Positions 1-12,727 of a stretch of DNA of 58,604 nucleotides are shown piece by piece. This stretch comes from Chara braunii (taxonomy: Eukaryota > Plantae > Charophyceae). The position numbers and the translations under genes were made by a program. Every line of letters begins with the position of its first letter. The first letter of the stretch is position 1. The stretch covers positions 5,439,528-5,498,131 of the forward strand of contig BFEA01000010.1 in the NCBI GenBank assembly GCA_003427395.1. The letters run 5' to 3'. The notes beneath the pieces are model-generated. The model saw nothing but the letters and a program-made list of their open reading frames with translations, was not told the origin of the DNA and searched no databases.

Positions 1-86
<86 letters not shown>
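1..86. repeat. (CT)n microsatellite
   Basis: Perfect CT dinucleotide run. Confidence 0.98.
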
Positions 87-89
<3 letters not shown>

Positions 90-590
90 GTCGATACTAA
101 CCTGTAAAGGTGGCGCCTTGCTGCAGGTGCGTCGAAGACGAAGCTGGAGCTATGGCGCCGCAGGTGAGTCTCCCTGGCCTCCGCCAAATCTCCCTCTCTC
201 TCTACTAACGCCCAGCGCTGAAGACTACTCCCATCGCTACTACTACTCCAGAGTGTCGCTGCCGAGTCCTAAAGACTACCTCCTGCCCTCTGCACGTGAA
301 GTGTCCGGGAACTGCTTGCAGCCTACAGGGCGGGTCAGCTTTATATAGTGCTGGCCCATCCGGAAGGCTGCTCGTGCCTATGCCAAAACGTGCCAGACCT
401 TGGGGTTGACACTCCGCAAAATAGGCCATGATGGCCTGAGCTAAAACCCCGGTCTGGAGCCTGAGTTTCAGGGTAGGTCAATCTTGTGAGGGCCTGAAAA
501 ATGGCCCGTCATTTTCAGGCTAGAGGCCAAAACGACACAGGGCATGTAGGCCCTCGTTTCAGGCTTTTAGGCTGAAACGAAACAGGCTCT
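87..590. mobile_element. Probable end of a non-autonomous DNA transposon (hAT-like)
   Basis: Short sub-terminal motifs (gcctgaaa / tttcaggc) occur in both orientations at 430-590. The block ends in caggctcta, which reads TAGAG on the - strand, a hAT-like terminus. The other end is outside the window. Confidence 0.3.
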
Positions 591-1385
591 ACCCCTACGG
601 ACCCTTAGTCTACCAGGTCGGGCTCTACTGGGCCCATGTGGTACGGAGTATGCCACATCATCCCTTTCCGATCGCAATAAAACGCCATCGGACCTTGGAT
701 CCTGGGAGACCCCCTTTTCTCGGGGTCGTTCCTACGCTGATTGGCAGTGAACGGTACCTGCTGGCCACCTGCGCGAGTGCCCCCACAAAATTTGACATCT
801 GAAAAGTCCATCCCAACTTCATCCCTTCCACACAAAGGGATAAAGGGAAGGACCGGAAAAAAAAAAAAAAAAAACGACAAAAGAAACAGAGAAAATGCCA
901 AGCAGCTTCTTTGCCTAGCGACTCAGATCACGTAGTAATGACAACAGTGTGCACAGCGAACAACCTAACAACAAACAACAGTAACAACAGTTGTGTACAC
1001 AACGATAGGAACGCAAAATAGGTCCACCTATGGGACTCATAGTGAACGTCTGTACCTAGCACATGAAGTACCGGGGAGACAAGGCTCTCACAAATATGCT
1101 TCGATCGGTGGGGTGTGTGGGACTCAGCTTAGCCCCGGTACCTACAACCACGGTTCGGTCAGGTCACCCCCAAGGCTGGAGGGTGACGATCCTGAGTGGT
1201 AGACACTGAGGTAGGATACTGGGAATAGGAGTGTGCCGGGAGAAATTAAGGAAGAGGTAGGTTTGGAGGGAGTCCTATAGGATTAGGGGGGCTCTACCAC
1301 ACGACCGAATGCCAAAGATGACTCTCATATGTCTGTAATCCAGCCTCTACAACAACGTGGGCTTAAAAAAAAAAAAAAAAAAAAA

Positions 1386-4300
1386 CTCTTTGGAAGTGAG
1401 GCGAGCTATCCAGCAATTGCCATTGGGCAAAGCCCCGGGCATTGACGGTATTCCTACAGAATTGATCCGAAAATGTTCATCAATGATCACTCCGTCAATC
1501 CTTTATCTCGTCAATGCGTTGACAGAAGGTGAAGTTATGCCTCGAATTCATGTTCAAGGCGTACTCACTCTCATTCATAAGAAAGGAGATAATACGCAAA
1601 TACGTAAGAAAAGACCGATGACACTTACTACCACCCTCTATAAGGTGAAATCTAGAATGTTAGCAAATTGGATTCAAAGTGTGTTGCCCAATTTGATTCA
1701 TGAAGATCAGACTGGTTTTCTACAAAACCGTCAAATCTTAGATACAGTTATGGTTGTTTGTCAAGGGATGGAGTACATCAACCAGACTAAGCAACCGGTG
1801 GGTGTCCTTCTCCTTGACTTCGAAAAAGCCTATGATCGTGTTAATTAGGAATTTCTTTTCTTGCTTCTTCAAAGATTGAATTTTGGTCTCAAGTTTGTGA
1901 CTGCAGTGCGGGCACTATTCACCGCTGCTACTACACGTCTGGTAGTTAATGGGAAACTTTCAGAACTCATCTCTTTGACACGATCCGTGAGACAAGGGTG
2001 TCCTCTAGCGCCCTTTCTGTATATTTTGTATATTGAAGTTATGCATACGATGATACGGGTTAATTCTCGGATTGTAGGACTGTGCTTTCCTCCACATTGT
2101 GAGGCCAAGGGGCAGACCTTCGCTGATGACACATCGCAGTTTATTCTACTTGATGATGAAGCCTTTGATGCTCTAAAACAAACTATTGGATTTTTCTCCT
2201 ACGTCTCGGAGGCCAAAATAAATTGGCAAAAAACAATGTTGATGATTCGTTCGCAGTGCCCTCCACCACACCACTGGGGAATTCCAATCAAGACTGCTCA
2301 AGATGTTCAAAGACTGCTTGGGTACCATGTCAACTTCCAGGGTGACATTGGTCACACCTCTCTGCAGATAGTGGAAAGAATCAACTCAGTATTATCTTTG
2401 TGGGCCAAGGCCAAAGGAGCTGGGCTATATGGCCGAGTGCTCACTGTTAATAATGCTGTTTTTGCTAAAATTTGGTATGAACACTCAATAACAGCCCTGC
2501 CCCCATCAGTTTACAGTCATATTAAACGTGTTGCAGCTAATTATATATGGCTTTTATTTCTAAAGTTGCTTGGAACAAAACCATTCAGAAAAAGAACAAG
2601 GGTGGACTGGGCGTGTTGGATCCACAATTGCAGATTACTGCTCTTTTGACAAAATGGGTGCCTAGATTCATTTTCGCGGATGATTCGGCAACTTGGAAAA
2701 CTCTCACCAAATGTCTGTTGTCATTTGATTTAGATTTGCAGACTGACTCTGACATTGTTCACCTAGCTTTTTTTTTGCATTAGAACTGCCGCAAATTGGC
2801 TCTCTCCCCGATTTGGAAGTCTATACTGTCAGCTTGGAAGCAAATTCTCCCGCAACAACTTACCCCAATGTTGCAGCGGGACCGCTTACTGTCTCAAACA
2901 ATATTTGGTAATCCCTGTATTTTGACTCCAAATGGCCAACCTCTTCCTGTGTTGGGCACAGACTCTTTCAGGAGTTGGATGCCACCCTGGCCAATCTTTG
3001 GGATTTCACCTCTAATACTTGGAAGCAAGAGTTGCAAATGCGAGACTCATTGGTTGGACTTCGAAATTGGCGTCAGAATCTTCACATTGTGCTCAAACCA
3101 GCAGAATGGACATACATCATCTCTCAACATCGTTACTTGACTGGTTCCTGGTTTTGTGAGATAGTTATACAGCCTCCTCACAAGTTGTGGCGATTGGAAC
3201 ATCAAATAACAGATGAAGAGTGGGAGATGACGGCCTGGACAGCGACAGATGGACATGCTGGTCTGGGAACTGCACTAACCAGAACTACTTCGACTTCTAA
3301 TGTTTCTACTCGCCTTCATTTGTCGCCAGTTTGTGTTTTGGAGCAATCGAAAGACCTTAATATCTCTTATCTTCCTTACAGAATATATACTGCTGCTTGT
3401 AATCTTCGACTTGACCTGTGGTCCCGCGGGATTGGTGTTAGGAAGATCCCAGAAAACCTGGTTGCTCTGTTGCTCTCACACAGCACTCCGTCAGGCATGC
3501 ATATCTTCTGCTTTTACCTGAGGTGGATATAGATTGGAGTGTGGTCCCCAAATGGAGAGGTCTCGGTTATACCATTCAATCACATCGCCTATCGACTTTT
3601 TGGCGCCTTCTACCGGCTCTACGAGTGGCAAAACATGCAGGTCTGTTATAGCAGATTCTGCACAATACGGTACCTACTGCTGCATTTCTTTTCCGCCGCC
3701 GCCGACAAGGTTCGCCCTTCTGTACAGCCTGCTCGATCTCCCAGTTGGTTGAAGACCAACACCATCTTTGGATTACTTGCAAGAATGCTAGATCTGTTTG
3801 GGCACACCTCCTGCATCAATCCCCTCTGCCCCTTGAATGGGGCGACTTGTGGACGGTAGACTCAATCCTGTTCTCTCTCCGAACCCCGAGCTTATGTCTA
3901 TGAATCATTCAGAGCAACTGTTCTATGGCACTTATGGCGACAACGGAATGATGTGGTCCTATCTCATGACACTTCGACTTCTCAACAGGTGATTTTTTGT
4001 ATTAAAAAAGACTTCAGACACATCATCTACCTTGACTGGTTTCAGAGAATTGCAAAATCCTCAAATTTGCGAGTTGGGGTTCACTGGTTTCGTCAACATT
4101 GGGATTCCTGCCCTTCCCTTGTCACCATTGATGCTTGTTCAGGTGACTTTACTTTTGGTTCTTTTTTATAGTCTTAGTAATAGAGTCCATTGACGCTTGG
4201 TTTAGACGGTTTCAGTTTTCGCCTGTTTTGGAGGTCTTTAGTAATTGTGTCATATTTTTCTCTGATTTGTCAATTTTAGTCATCCTCTTTCCTCATGTAT

Positions 4301-4591
4301 CCAAATTTATAGATAAGTAGTCTTATTGGTAGTATCTTTGCTTCTCACCAAATAGGTTTATTGATTAGGTTAGTCTAGAATTGTTTAGTGTGTCGGTTAC
4401 TGTTTGGTTTTTGGGTGCGTCTTTGGTTAATACTGGGGAGGGGCTCCACCTCACAGAGTAGGATTGGAGACCTAGCTGTCCCTGAATATGGCTCCTTGCT
4501 GATTTGTTTTGCCCTGCCTTGGGCACTGGGCCTTATTTTTTATGGAAAAAGAAAAGGAACAGATACTACACGATCTAAAAAAAAAAAAAAA
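1386..4591 (+). mobile_element. 5'-truncated, degraded L1-clade LINE (ORF2 RT to C-terminus, 3' UTR, poly-A)
   Basis: RT motifs KAPGIDGIP, LLDFEKAYDRV, SVRQGCPLAP and FADD, then KxxGGLGV. Several stops and frameshifts. T-rich 3' UTR and an A tail at ~4577-4591. Confidence 0.93.
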
Positions 4592-4884
4592 CGATGTGGT
4601 GTGGGAGTGAAAAGTTCCCGAGACTCTGGCGGAATCATGCGCCTTTTATGGGGTTATGCATTGGCGAACATGACCACACACACACTCAAGAAAAAGAAGA
4701 GGGAAAAGAAAATTCAAGGATGACTTGACGATCATCATTTCAATTTGTGTCGGCCCCGAAAAAAACTGCATCCAGCATAGCAAGCAAGAGCAAGACCGGA
4801 AACCCGACGGCCATAAATATTTCAGTGCTTGTCCTGGAGAACACCACAAAGCCAATTACGTACTACCTCTAGCAAAGCAGCCCG

Positions 4885-5165
4885 CCATGATCACGCACAC
4901 GCACGGGGAAGGCCGGATAGGGCAAGAAGTGGGCCTTTTGCCTCTCCATGAAAATCAGTACGTGCACGCGTGGGGATGGCCACAAAAGGAAGAAGTGGGC
5001 TTTCTGTCCCCAAAGCTGGGGGGGGTGCCCCCCCACCAAGATCGTGATTACGCAGTTGCGTGGCGAGGGCCACGTAGGGCAAGAAGTGGGTATTTTGTTC
5101 ACAAACCATGATATTGCACACACACATGGGGAGGGCCAGATAGGGTAAGAATTGGCTTTCCAGTA
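4885..5165. repeat. Degenerate ~60-85-bp tandem repeat
   Basis: About four copies of cacgc..gggga(a/g)ggcca..tagggcaagaagtggg. Confidence 0.7.
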
Positions 5166-5619
5166 CCTAAACACCAGACGCATGTGTCGCGCGCCCCCGC
5201 CACGATTATGCTTGTACGCAGGGAGGGCCAGACACTCTCTCTCTTCCCCTCCAAGACAGAAAAGTGGCTCCCCGCATCGTACGTAAGTGTACAAGGTGAG
5301 ACAGCCTTTGGTCCCAGGTCCTCGTACAGCCAAAAGTGGCACGCCATATGGGGCGAGACTGGACAATGTGGTATTACACAAACGCCCACAGGGTCACATA
5401 CATGAAGACACGCGGACACGTATCAATTCTTTCAAAGAGATGGCGTGCCACAATGGCCAAAAGCTTACAACGTGGCACCCACCCCAGCCTGGGCTCGGGC
5501 ACAGTTCTCCTTTGAGCCGAAAGTCGCACCACATTGGGCAAAAAGGGGTTCAGACGGAAGCAGCAAAACTGGAAAAAAAAAAAAGAAAAGGAGGAAACAA
5601 ACAGCTCTTCGGGCCTTGT

Positions 5620-5775
5620 GTTGCCGCGCGGTCAATGAACGCGCGTTTTGCGTTCATGTTTTGAACGCAGTGAACGCGCGTTCAATGAATGCGCGTTTCG
5701 AGTTCATGTTTTGAATGCGGTGAACGCGGCTAAACATGTTTGACGCATTCACGCAGGCTGGGGGTCGCGCGTGTG

Positions 5776-5866
<91 letters not shown>

Positions 5867-6331
5867 NNNNNNNNNNNNNNNNNNNNNNNNNNNNNNNNNN
5901 NNNNNNNNNNNNNNNNNNNNNNNNNNNNNNNNNNNNNNNNNNNNNNNNNNNNNNNNNNNNNNNNNNNNNNNNNNNNNNNNNNNNNNNNNNNNNNNNNNNN
6001 NNNNNNNNNNNNNNNNNNNNNNNNNNNNNNNNNNNNNNNNNNNNNNNNNNNNNNNNNNNNNNNNNNNNNNNNNNNNNNNNNNNNNNNNNNNNNNNNNNNN
6101 NNNNNNNNNNNNNNNNNNNNNNNNNNNNNNNNNNNNNNNNNNNNNNNNNNNNNNNNNNNNNNNNNNNNNNNNNNNNNNNNNNNNNNNNNNNNNNNNNNNN
6201 NNNNNNNNNNNNNNNNNNNNNNNNNNNNNNNNNNNNNNNNNNNNNNNNNNNNNNNNNNNNNNNNNNNNNNNNNNNNNNNNNNNNNNNNNNNNNNNNNNNN
6301 NTTTTTTTTTTTTTTGTGTGTGTGTGTTTGT

Positions 6332-6387
<56 letters not shown>

Positions 6388-6549
6388 ACAGGTAAGTCTC
6401 CAACCGCGTGGCTGACCTCATGGTACTTCCATTGTTAGAGTGAACAAAATCCCATGAATCTATTGCTAGAATATGAAAGTATATACACACACACACACAC
6501 ACACACACATGCACACACACACACACGAACACACAAACACCCACACATG

Positions 6550-6613
<64 letters not shown>

Positions 6614-6614
6614 T

Positions 6615-6654
<40 letters not shown>

Positions 6655-6855
6655 CATTTTATTATTATTATTATGTTTTAAAATGCTGTGCACCCCCTGG
6701 TAGCTGCCGACGTGCGCATGCCGCCAGGGCCTCGCGTTCGATTTTTTCGCGCCCCCTTGCCATGTGGCAGGATGAACAGGATTGAACGTGCGCAATGGGA
6801 ACTGAACGCGCGCGTTAGAACGAGAACACGCGTTCAGGGCGTTCAATCAGCTACA
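5620..6855. mobile_element. Probable non-autonomous DNA element with GAACGCG sub-terminal repeats around (GT)n/(GA)n/(CA)n tracts and an assembly gap
   Basis: Clusters of tgaacgcg/cgcgttca at 5635-5755 and 6780-6845 flank microsatellites. TIRs are weak. Confidence 0.4.
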
Positions 6856-6949
6856 TAGCTCGGCCCCTATACAAACGCGACGGCTCTCTTCAGACCCGGA
6901 TGACCACCGTTCAAACATTTGAGAGGGGTGGGGAACCAGGAGGTGGGGG

Positions 6950-7537
6950 AAACCTTTGGAACAAAAGGGCCGAATCTCAACAGATCGTGACGACAAGGCC
7001 ACTCTACTGCTTACAACACCCCGTTCCCTGTCTAAGTCGTCTGCAAAGGGTTTGACTCCCCGAGCGAAAGAAATTGCGATGAAGAGACCCCCAGGGCGTC
7101 GGTGCTCCGCCGCAGGAGGGACAACTCCGAACTTATGCTTTCGGGGCCAGACGGGCTGGCCATATCAACAGTCATGTGCCATCCAAGAAGGCATACGCCG
7201 TCGCTGCAAGCAGATTCTGACTTAGAGAAGTTCAGTCATCCCGTACTGGGTGAACCAACGGTTCCTCTCGTACTGAGTTGGATTACCATTGTGGCGGCAG
7301 TGCATCAGTAGCGTAAAACGAATCCGTCTCACAACAGTCTAAACCCAGCTCACATTCCCTGTTGGTGGGTGAACAATCCAATACTTGGTGAATTCTGCTT
7401 CACAATGATAGGAAGAGCCAACATTGAAAAATCAAAAAGGAATGTCACTATGAACACTTGGCTGCCACAAGCCAGTCATCCCTGTGGTAACTTTTCTGAC
7501 ACCTCTCGCTTCAAGTCCTGAAACACTGAAGGATTGA
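6950..7537 (-). pseudogene. Decayed fragment of the 3' end of the nuclear LSU (25S/28S) rRNA
   Basis: Reverse complement of conserved LSU blocks (gtctaaacccagctcac, ggtgggtgaacaatcca, ttggctgccacaagccag, cctgtggtaacttttctgacacc, aaggccactct). Many CG>TG/CA changes and an apparent ~50-nt deletion near 7240. Confidence 0.93.
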
Positions 7538-8162
7538 GAGCGGAGGTTGGGAAGTCGGTCACGGTTTCCGCACATATTTTCCGACAATCAGACTGCAGGA
7601 TGGAGGTTCGAGCCCCCGCTCCCACAAAGACGGGTAAGCGTCCGTTCTACGGCGCCGTGGCGTCCTCGGTAAAGATCTCGTGAACGGTGAGGTGGGGAGC
7701 GAAGTGGGGCGGGAAGATAATTACCCCATTTAGAAGGGGACCGTCTCTACTGCCAATCTGACAGAAAAATGGTGCACAAGTAAAGGAAACAGGAGAACAG
7801 AACAGGGGAACAGGGAAGAGGGAAAGCCACCGAGACCAGGGAACAGGAAAAGACAACAGTAAACAGGGAGGGAAAGAGGCCAATGACAACGGGGCCCAGA
7901 GTACCCGAACAGACAACCGTAACCAGGGAAAAAAGGGAAAAGAGGCCACAAGCAACATAGCACGGCAAAGAGACACGACAAAGTAGGCCACACCGAACCC
8001 GCCCTCAGGCATGTACCGGCCTTTTGCTGTCTGGTACACACCTAACCATGAAATCATTGCTCACGACCGCCAGTACCTCCACAACTCGTCTTGCCGAAGT
8101 GGATCCCCCTGCTGATCTGAGTCCGTTTTGTGAAAATGAAAAAAAAAAACAAAAAAAAAAAA

Positions 8163-10880
8163 CCTTGCGCGCTTACTGACACAGGCCTGTCCCTTGGCAC
8201 CGCTCCTGTTCATACTGCACTTGGAAATTCTGTTAGATAACATTCCGACTAAATGACCAAATCCACGGGCTACAATTACATGATAACGATCAATGGAAAG
8301 GCGGCGCATTAGCTGATGATTTGACTGTAACCTGTGTTAATAACAGACACTCTTTGCTTGCATTACGTCAGGGTATTGAATGATTATTCTATTCTTTCGG
8401 AGGCCTCAATAAATTTGAATCAATTTGTTTTTTTTCTGCCAACTCAATTTTGTATAAGTGTGAACTGGGTCATGCGGAGAATCCCGACAGACGCTTCGAA
8501 CAGGTACTTGGGCATCCAAGTGTCTCTATCCAACAACTCACAGCTACAGGATCAGCTATTGGAAGAAAAAGCTTGTCAAAGACTATCAGACGGCTGTCCC
8601 TGTTGGGCCGTGCCATGGTTCTAGCCTCAGCAGGACTCTCAGTCCTTTGGTACCCGTTGATGGTTCATCTGCTAGGGGACAAAGCTTGCACAAAAATCAA
8701 GACACCCTCCGCAAGATTTTTGTGGAAACCAAAAGCGAAAGCAGAGGAAGTCTTTTTGTCTAAAGTGGTGTGGGAGTCACTGGCATCCCCTAGGGAAGAT
8801 GGGGGGTTTGGAGTGCTAGACCCTAGACAACAGAACATCTCCCTGTTTGCTAAATGGCACATTAAAGCCATGGTAGCAGATTTCAAACATGCGTGGATAT
8901 GGTTCGCAGAATACATTCTGAGCACAGAGTGGGATTTGGCAGACCCGACAGATGTTTGGACATGTCTGATGATGAAATCCTATACTCAAAAGAGACCAAA
9001 GTCACACTTTTGGAGTGACATTACCTATGCCTGGGCTAAGATCCTCCCTGAGTCTCTTGGAGACCCAGAGTCTGTTGATGAGGTATTCGCACAACCTATT
9101 TTTGATAATCCGAGGCTATGTAACTCTGCTGGCTCTCCATTCTCAGCTCAGAACTCACCCGGGAATTTTGGGGCAGCCTGGGTAGAGAAGGAGGTGATCA
9201 GGGTAGACAACCTTTGGGACCGTGCTACTATGAATTGGAAGCCACTCAGGGAGGTTCGAAATCAGTTCAGAAGGTTACGGAATGTGGCTGGTCGCCTGTT
9301 GGATATTCAGATGGGGTTACCTGCTGGCTGGCTGCAGATTCTAAAAGCGGACCCTATCCCTGTGAAATGCTGCTGGGTTAAGAAGCAAAGACAACGGGGG
9401 GCGCAGAAGATATTTTGGATAGTTCTTGGTCCAGAATTGGCATGGGGATATGCAGTGGAGGAATGGGGAGAGAGCCACGACACGGTATACGCGACTCCTG
9501 AGCTTCAGGGACGCGCTTAGTGTACCATCTCTAACAGGTACCCAGCAAGTGGTAGTGCACGTCCTCCTGCCAAAAGTGGGTCTCAACCGTCAAGAACTAC
9601 CACAGCAATGCGAGATTAAACCTCAGGTACAGCTACTTGCAGGTGGATAATCTCTTAAAGAATTGCCAGTTCATCCAACTAAGGTTCGGTTGGAAGATTC
9701 CAAATAAACCAAGACTGTGTTCTCTACACTGCTACTCCACCAAAACGGTAGCAACCCTGCTACAGCAGAAAATTAAGAAAAAGCCAATAGAAGTGGTATT
9801 GAAAGGGCGGGAAGACCAAGCCCTTCCGTTGGTGTCCAGATATGAAATCCTTGCCTTGTGGCAGCAGTTAAAGGTTCTGCCGTCACAAAAGCTGGCCAGC
9901 ATTTTGCTACTACAGTCCTTACTAGGGACGGCGTCGCCAGTATGGCTACATTCCAAGGGGTTGGACATTCAGACCAAGTGTACTCGCTCCAAGTGGGCCT
10001 GGGAATCAACTAACCACCTCTAGTACTCCTGCCACTTTTCGCTCCGTATCTGGAGGTGGTGGGACAAGTACTGGGCTCGCATCTCCAGAAACTGTCTGCA
10101 GGGGCATGAGAAATGGATTATCTCAGGCATTCTGCCGCCTGGTTTGTCCCCCTCCCCCTCATTGGGCTGGGGGTATGTCACCCAGACAATCAGAGGCATC
10201 ATCTTTGCAGTAATTTGGGAAGATCGGAATCATCAGGTCTTCCGTGACACACGTAAGTCCTTTCTTGGAGTTACTCAGAAGGTGAAAACTCAGATTAGAC
10301 ACACAATAATTGCAGACCGGAGAAGGAAGGTAGAAGGGCGACAACCAGGCAAGTCAAGGGTTTGGTTCTCGGAAACATGGGGAACGGGAGCTCAGCTTGC
10401 CCAGGTAAACGCACGGGTGAACTGCAGTTCTCATCATGGTTATTTAAGTCCGAAGCGGGGGAATTGGGGTTCACAAGCTCCGCCTGATATACAGACCCAG
10501 TAGAAATCTAGTGGCCATTTTGGTTGCTGAAAGAGTGGGTAGAGGAGGATGGTTTCTCGTTCGGAATTGGTAGATTACTATAGCTCGGGCTGATGCCAGT
10601 AGTTTAGACTTAAAACACTACCACTTAGATAGGCACATTGGTAACATAGGCAGGGTTTTTCCTCTTTATTTAGGGGAACTTAGGATGTTAGAGGCAAAGG
10701 ATATTTTCACACTTGGTTGGTAAAATAGAATAGGAGAGGTTTACCTTCAGTTTTGGTCTCCATTCGGATCCAGTCATGTTTGGCTGTAAGCGAAGCTGGG
10801 TACTGCTCCCAGAAGTGACTCCGGGTTGAATTGTAAGGTCCCCGACCTCAAGATTTCAGTTTGAATAAGCTTTGTCTTCT

Positions 10881-10917
<37 letters not shown>
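8163..10917 (+). mobile_element. 5'-truncated, degraded L1-clade LINE
   Basis: Begins in the xQxCPLAPLLF motif and continues through YLG, REDGGFGVLDP and the C-terminal zinc-binding region (KCTR..WESTNHL). 3' UTR and poly-A at 10882-10917. Same family as the - strand copy at 29.7-38.7 kb. Confidence 0.92.
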
Positions 10918-10919
<2 letters not shown>

Positions 10920-11487
10920 GGACTCCCCTACGCGCCAAAAGAGATTTGACCCGCCCGTGCGGCGTTTTCTTTTTCTTTCTGCACCAGCCATGGGGCCTCG
11001 CAGGACCACACCAAACGTGCAAATGGAGGACGTATCTTCTCCTAGAACGTGTAAAGATACACTCGACATGCCATTTCACATTCGGTGAGCGCAGCGGAGA
11101 TTCCCATTGTCCCTTGTCGTTCTGCACCCGACCGAACACAGCTGTAGAGCATCTCCCCGGCTTCTCCTACGGGTAGTGCAGATGTTTAGAACTGGGGGCG
11201 AAGTTCCCCTTGCCTTGGGTGAGGTCCCACAGGCACACAATTGAATTTAGCGTCTGAATTTGGACGTGTTTGAGGAGCAATGCAGAAAATCGTGACTCAT
11301 CTGTATCCACTTTGCTACTGGAACCTCGCCCCTGGAGTCTCCGTCTTGGAACGCAGATTACAACGATCGACGAAGAAAAAAGAGAGAGGACACAACGGAG
11401 CAGTGTACACTTTTTCTTTTTTCTTACTGATTCATAACGAGTAGGCCACATCTGTCTATCACAAACAAATAGAAAATGTATCACGAT

Positions 11488-11585
11488 GCCCCTCGGGACA
11501 TATGCATTGAAGTTGGAACGATACAGAGAAAGATTAGCATGCCGCCTGCGCAAGGGTGACACGCAAAATCGAGAAATTGTCCAAA
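11488..11585 (+). pseudogene. Divergent full-length U6 snRNA copy (probable pseudogene)
   Basis: ttggaacgatacagagaaagattagcatgccgcctgcgcaagggtgacacgcaaaatcgagaaattgtcc aligns with U6 (ACAGAGA box, AGC triad). It carries substitutions and an indel, and has an A-rich tail instead of an oligo-T terminator. Confidence 0.88.
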
Positions 11586-11752
11586 AACAAAACCGACGTC
11601 TAACAAGCTTGCAGGTCAGGTACAGTGGGGGAAAGACATGGAAAAACGTAAACCGCACAAAAGAAACCCTCCCCTGTCAAATACACACCATAGAGAATTG
11701 GCCACGTGGCAAAGCAAGCAATCCCGACGCACTCCCCCACAAATGCCTCCTC

Positions 11753-11788
11753 GTCCTTCGGGACATAAAAAAAAAAATAAAAAAAAAC
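11753..11788 (+). pseudogene. U6 5' stem-loop stub followed by an A tract
   Basis: gtcc-ttcg-ggac-at matches the plant U6 5' hairpin and is followed directly by ~22 nt that are almost all A. The match is only 14 nt. Confidence 0.45.
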
Positions 11789-12689
11789 ACCCCAACCGCA
11801 ACTGTCGAAATATGCACACAGCGTGATTAAAAAACACACTGTTTTACAAAAACGCAATCCGAAAGGAAACAATTGTGCCATCAACTGGACACCCGTACTG
11901 CCGCCGAGGTTTGCGAAACGTTTTCCTCCAAACAATCCTCCAATCGGCCACCCTTCACTGCACGACATACTAAACGTACCTGGACGTGGTGATGGTGCCA
12001 ATACATTCCAAATGTTCGACCAGAGTGCGAATGTATCTGAGTACGAACCGCTATCCATGTCGAATGCTGAGTGATTTAGCGAGGGGGGCCATCATCCCCA
12101 CCAAAAAAGCCTTTGCATTTCGATCCCGTGCATCAATCAGGGTTTAACACCCCCTAACGAGTCCCGTCATGGAACCCTACCCCCCCAAACACACCCCGCC
12201 GTATCTTCCCCGTCAATATTTCCCGTCTGTTCTGCGGAGTACTTCCCGCCCTCGTACTACTCTTCGGCCCTGTCGCACATCGGGGTTTTTGCCCCCCGGT
12301 TTTATTTACGCCACGCCTCTGTTCCATGGATGGATGACAGTTTGATAAACACACGTACTACTAGCGTCCCCTTCGGAGTTTCCCCGCCGGCTTTATTTAC
12401 GCCTCGGATCCACGGATGGATATGCCAGTTTGATAAGCACCCGTACTATCGCCACTCTAACAAATCTGCATGCTTCACTTATCACCGCACCGGATGTGCC
12501 CTCACGGCCATTTCCCTCCCTGAGGACGTAGCTGCACTTCTTTCCCATTCAATTAATCATCGGGCATCTCCAATCCGATGCCGTACGATTACTCGGAATA
12601 CAATCTGTTCTACCATCTTCACCCGAATAGAACACCCTCTCATTATCGACGTATGTAGACAAAAAGTTCCCCCAAATACAGCTATAATG

Positions 12690-12727
12690 CTGTCTCTTAT
12701 ACACATCTAGATGTGTATAAGAGACAG
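12690..12727. other. Nextera mate-pair junction adapter (two inverted Tn5 mosaic ends), an assembly artefact
   Basis: Exact CTGTCTCTTATACACATCT+AGATGTGTATAAGAGACAG. Confidence 0.98.

Noticed and set aside
5654-6681. ORFs rich in VCVC/THTH/ERER (also 27337-28599 and 56719-57217)
   Set aside because: Artefacts of microsatellites and N gaps.
6950-7537. Functional rRNA gene
   Set aside because: Fragmentary, with a deletion and many substitutions in invariant positions.
12105-12200. Telomerase RNA (TAAACCCT template-like sequence on the - strand after a G-rich stretch)
   Set aside because: Only an 8-nt match, an oligo-T run follows ~35 nt later (no room for pseudoknot and 3' domains), and no clear USE/TATA.
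12690-12727. Biological Tn5/IS50 insertion
   Set aside because: It is the synthetic mosaic-end junction used in mate-pair libraries.
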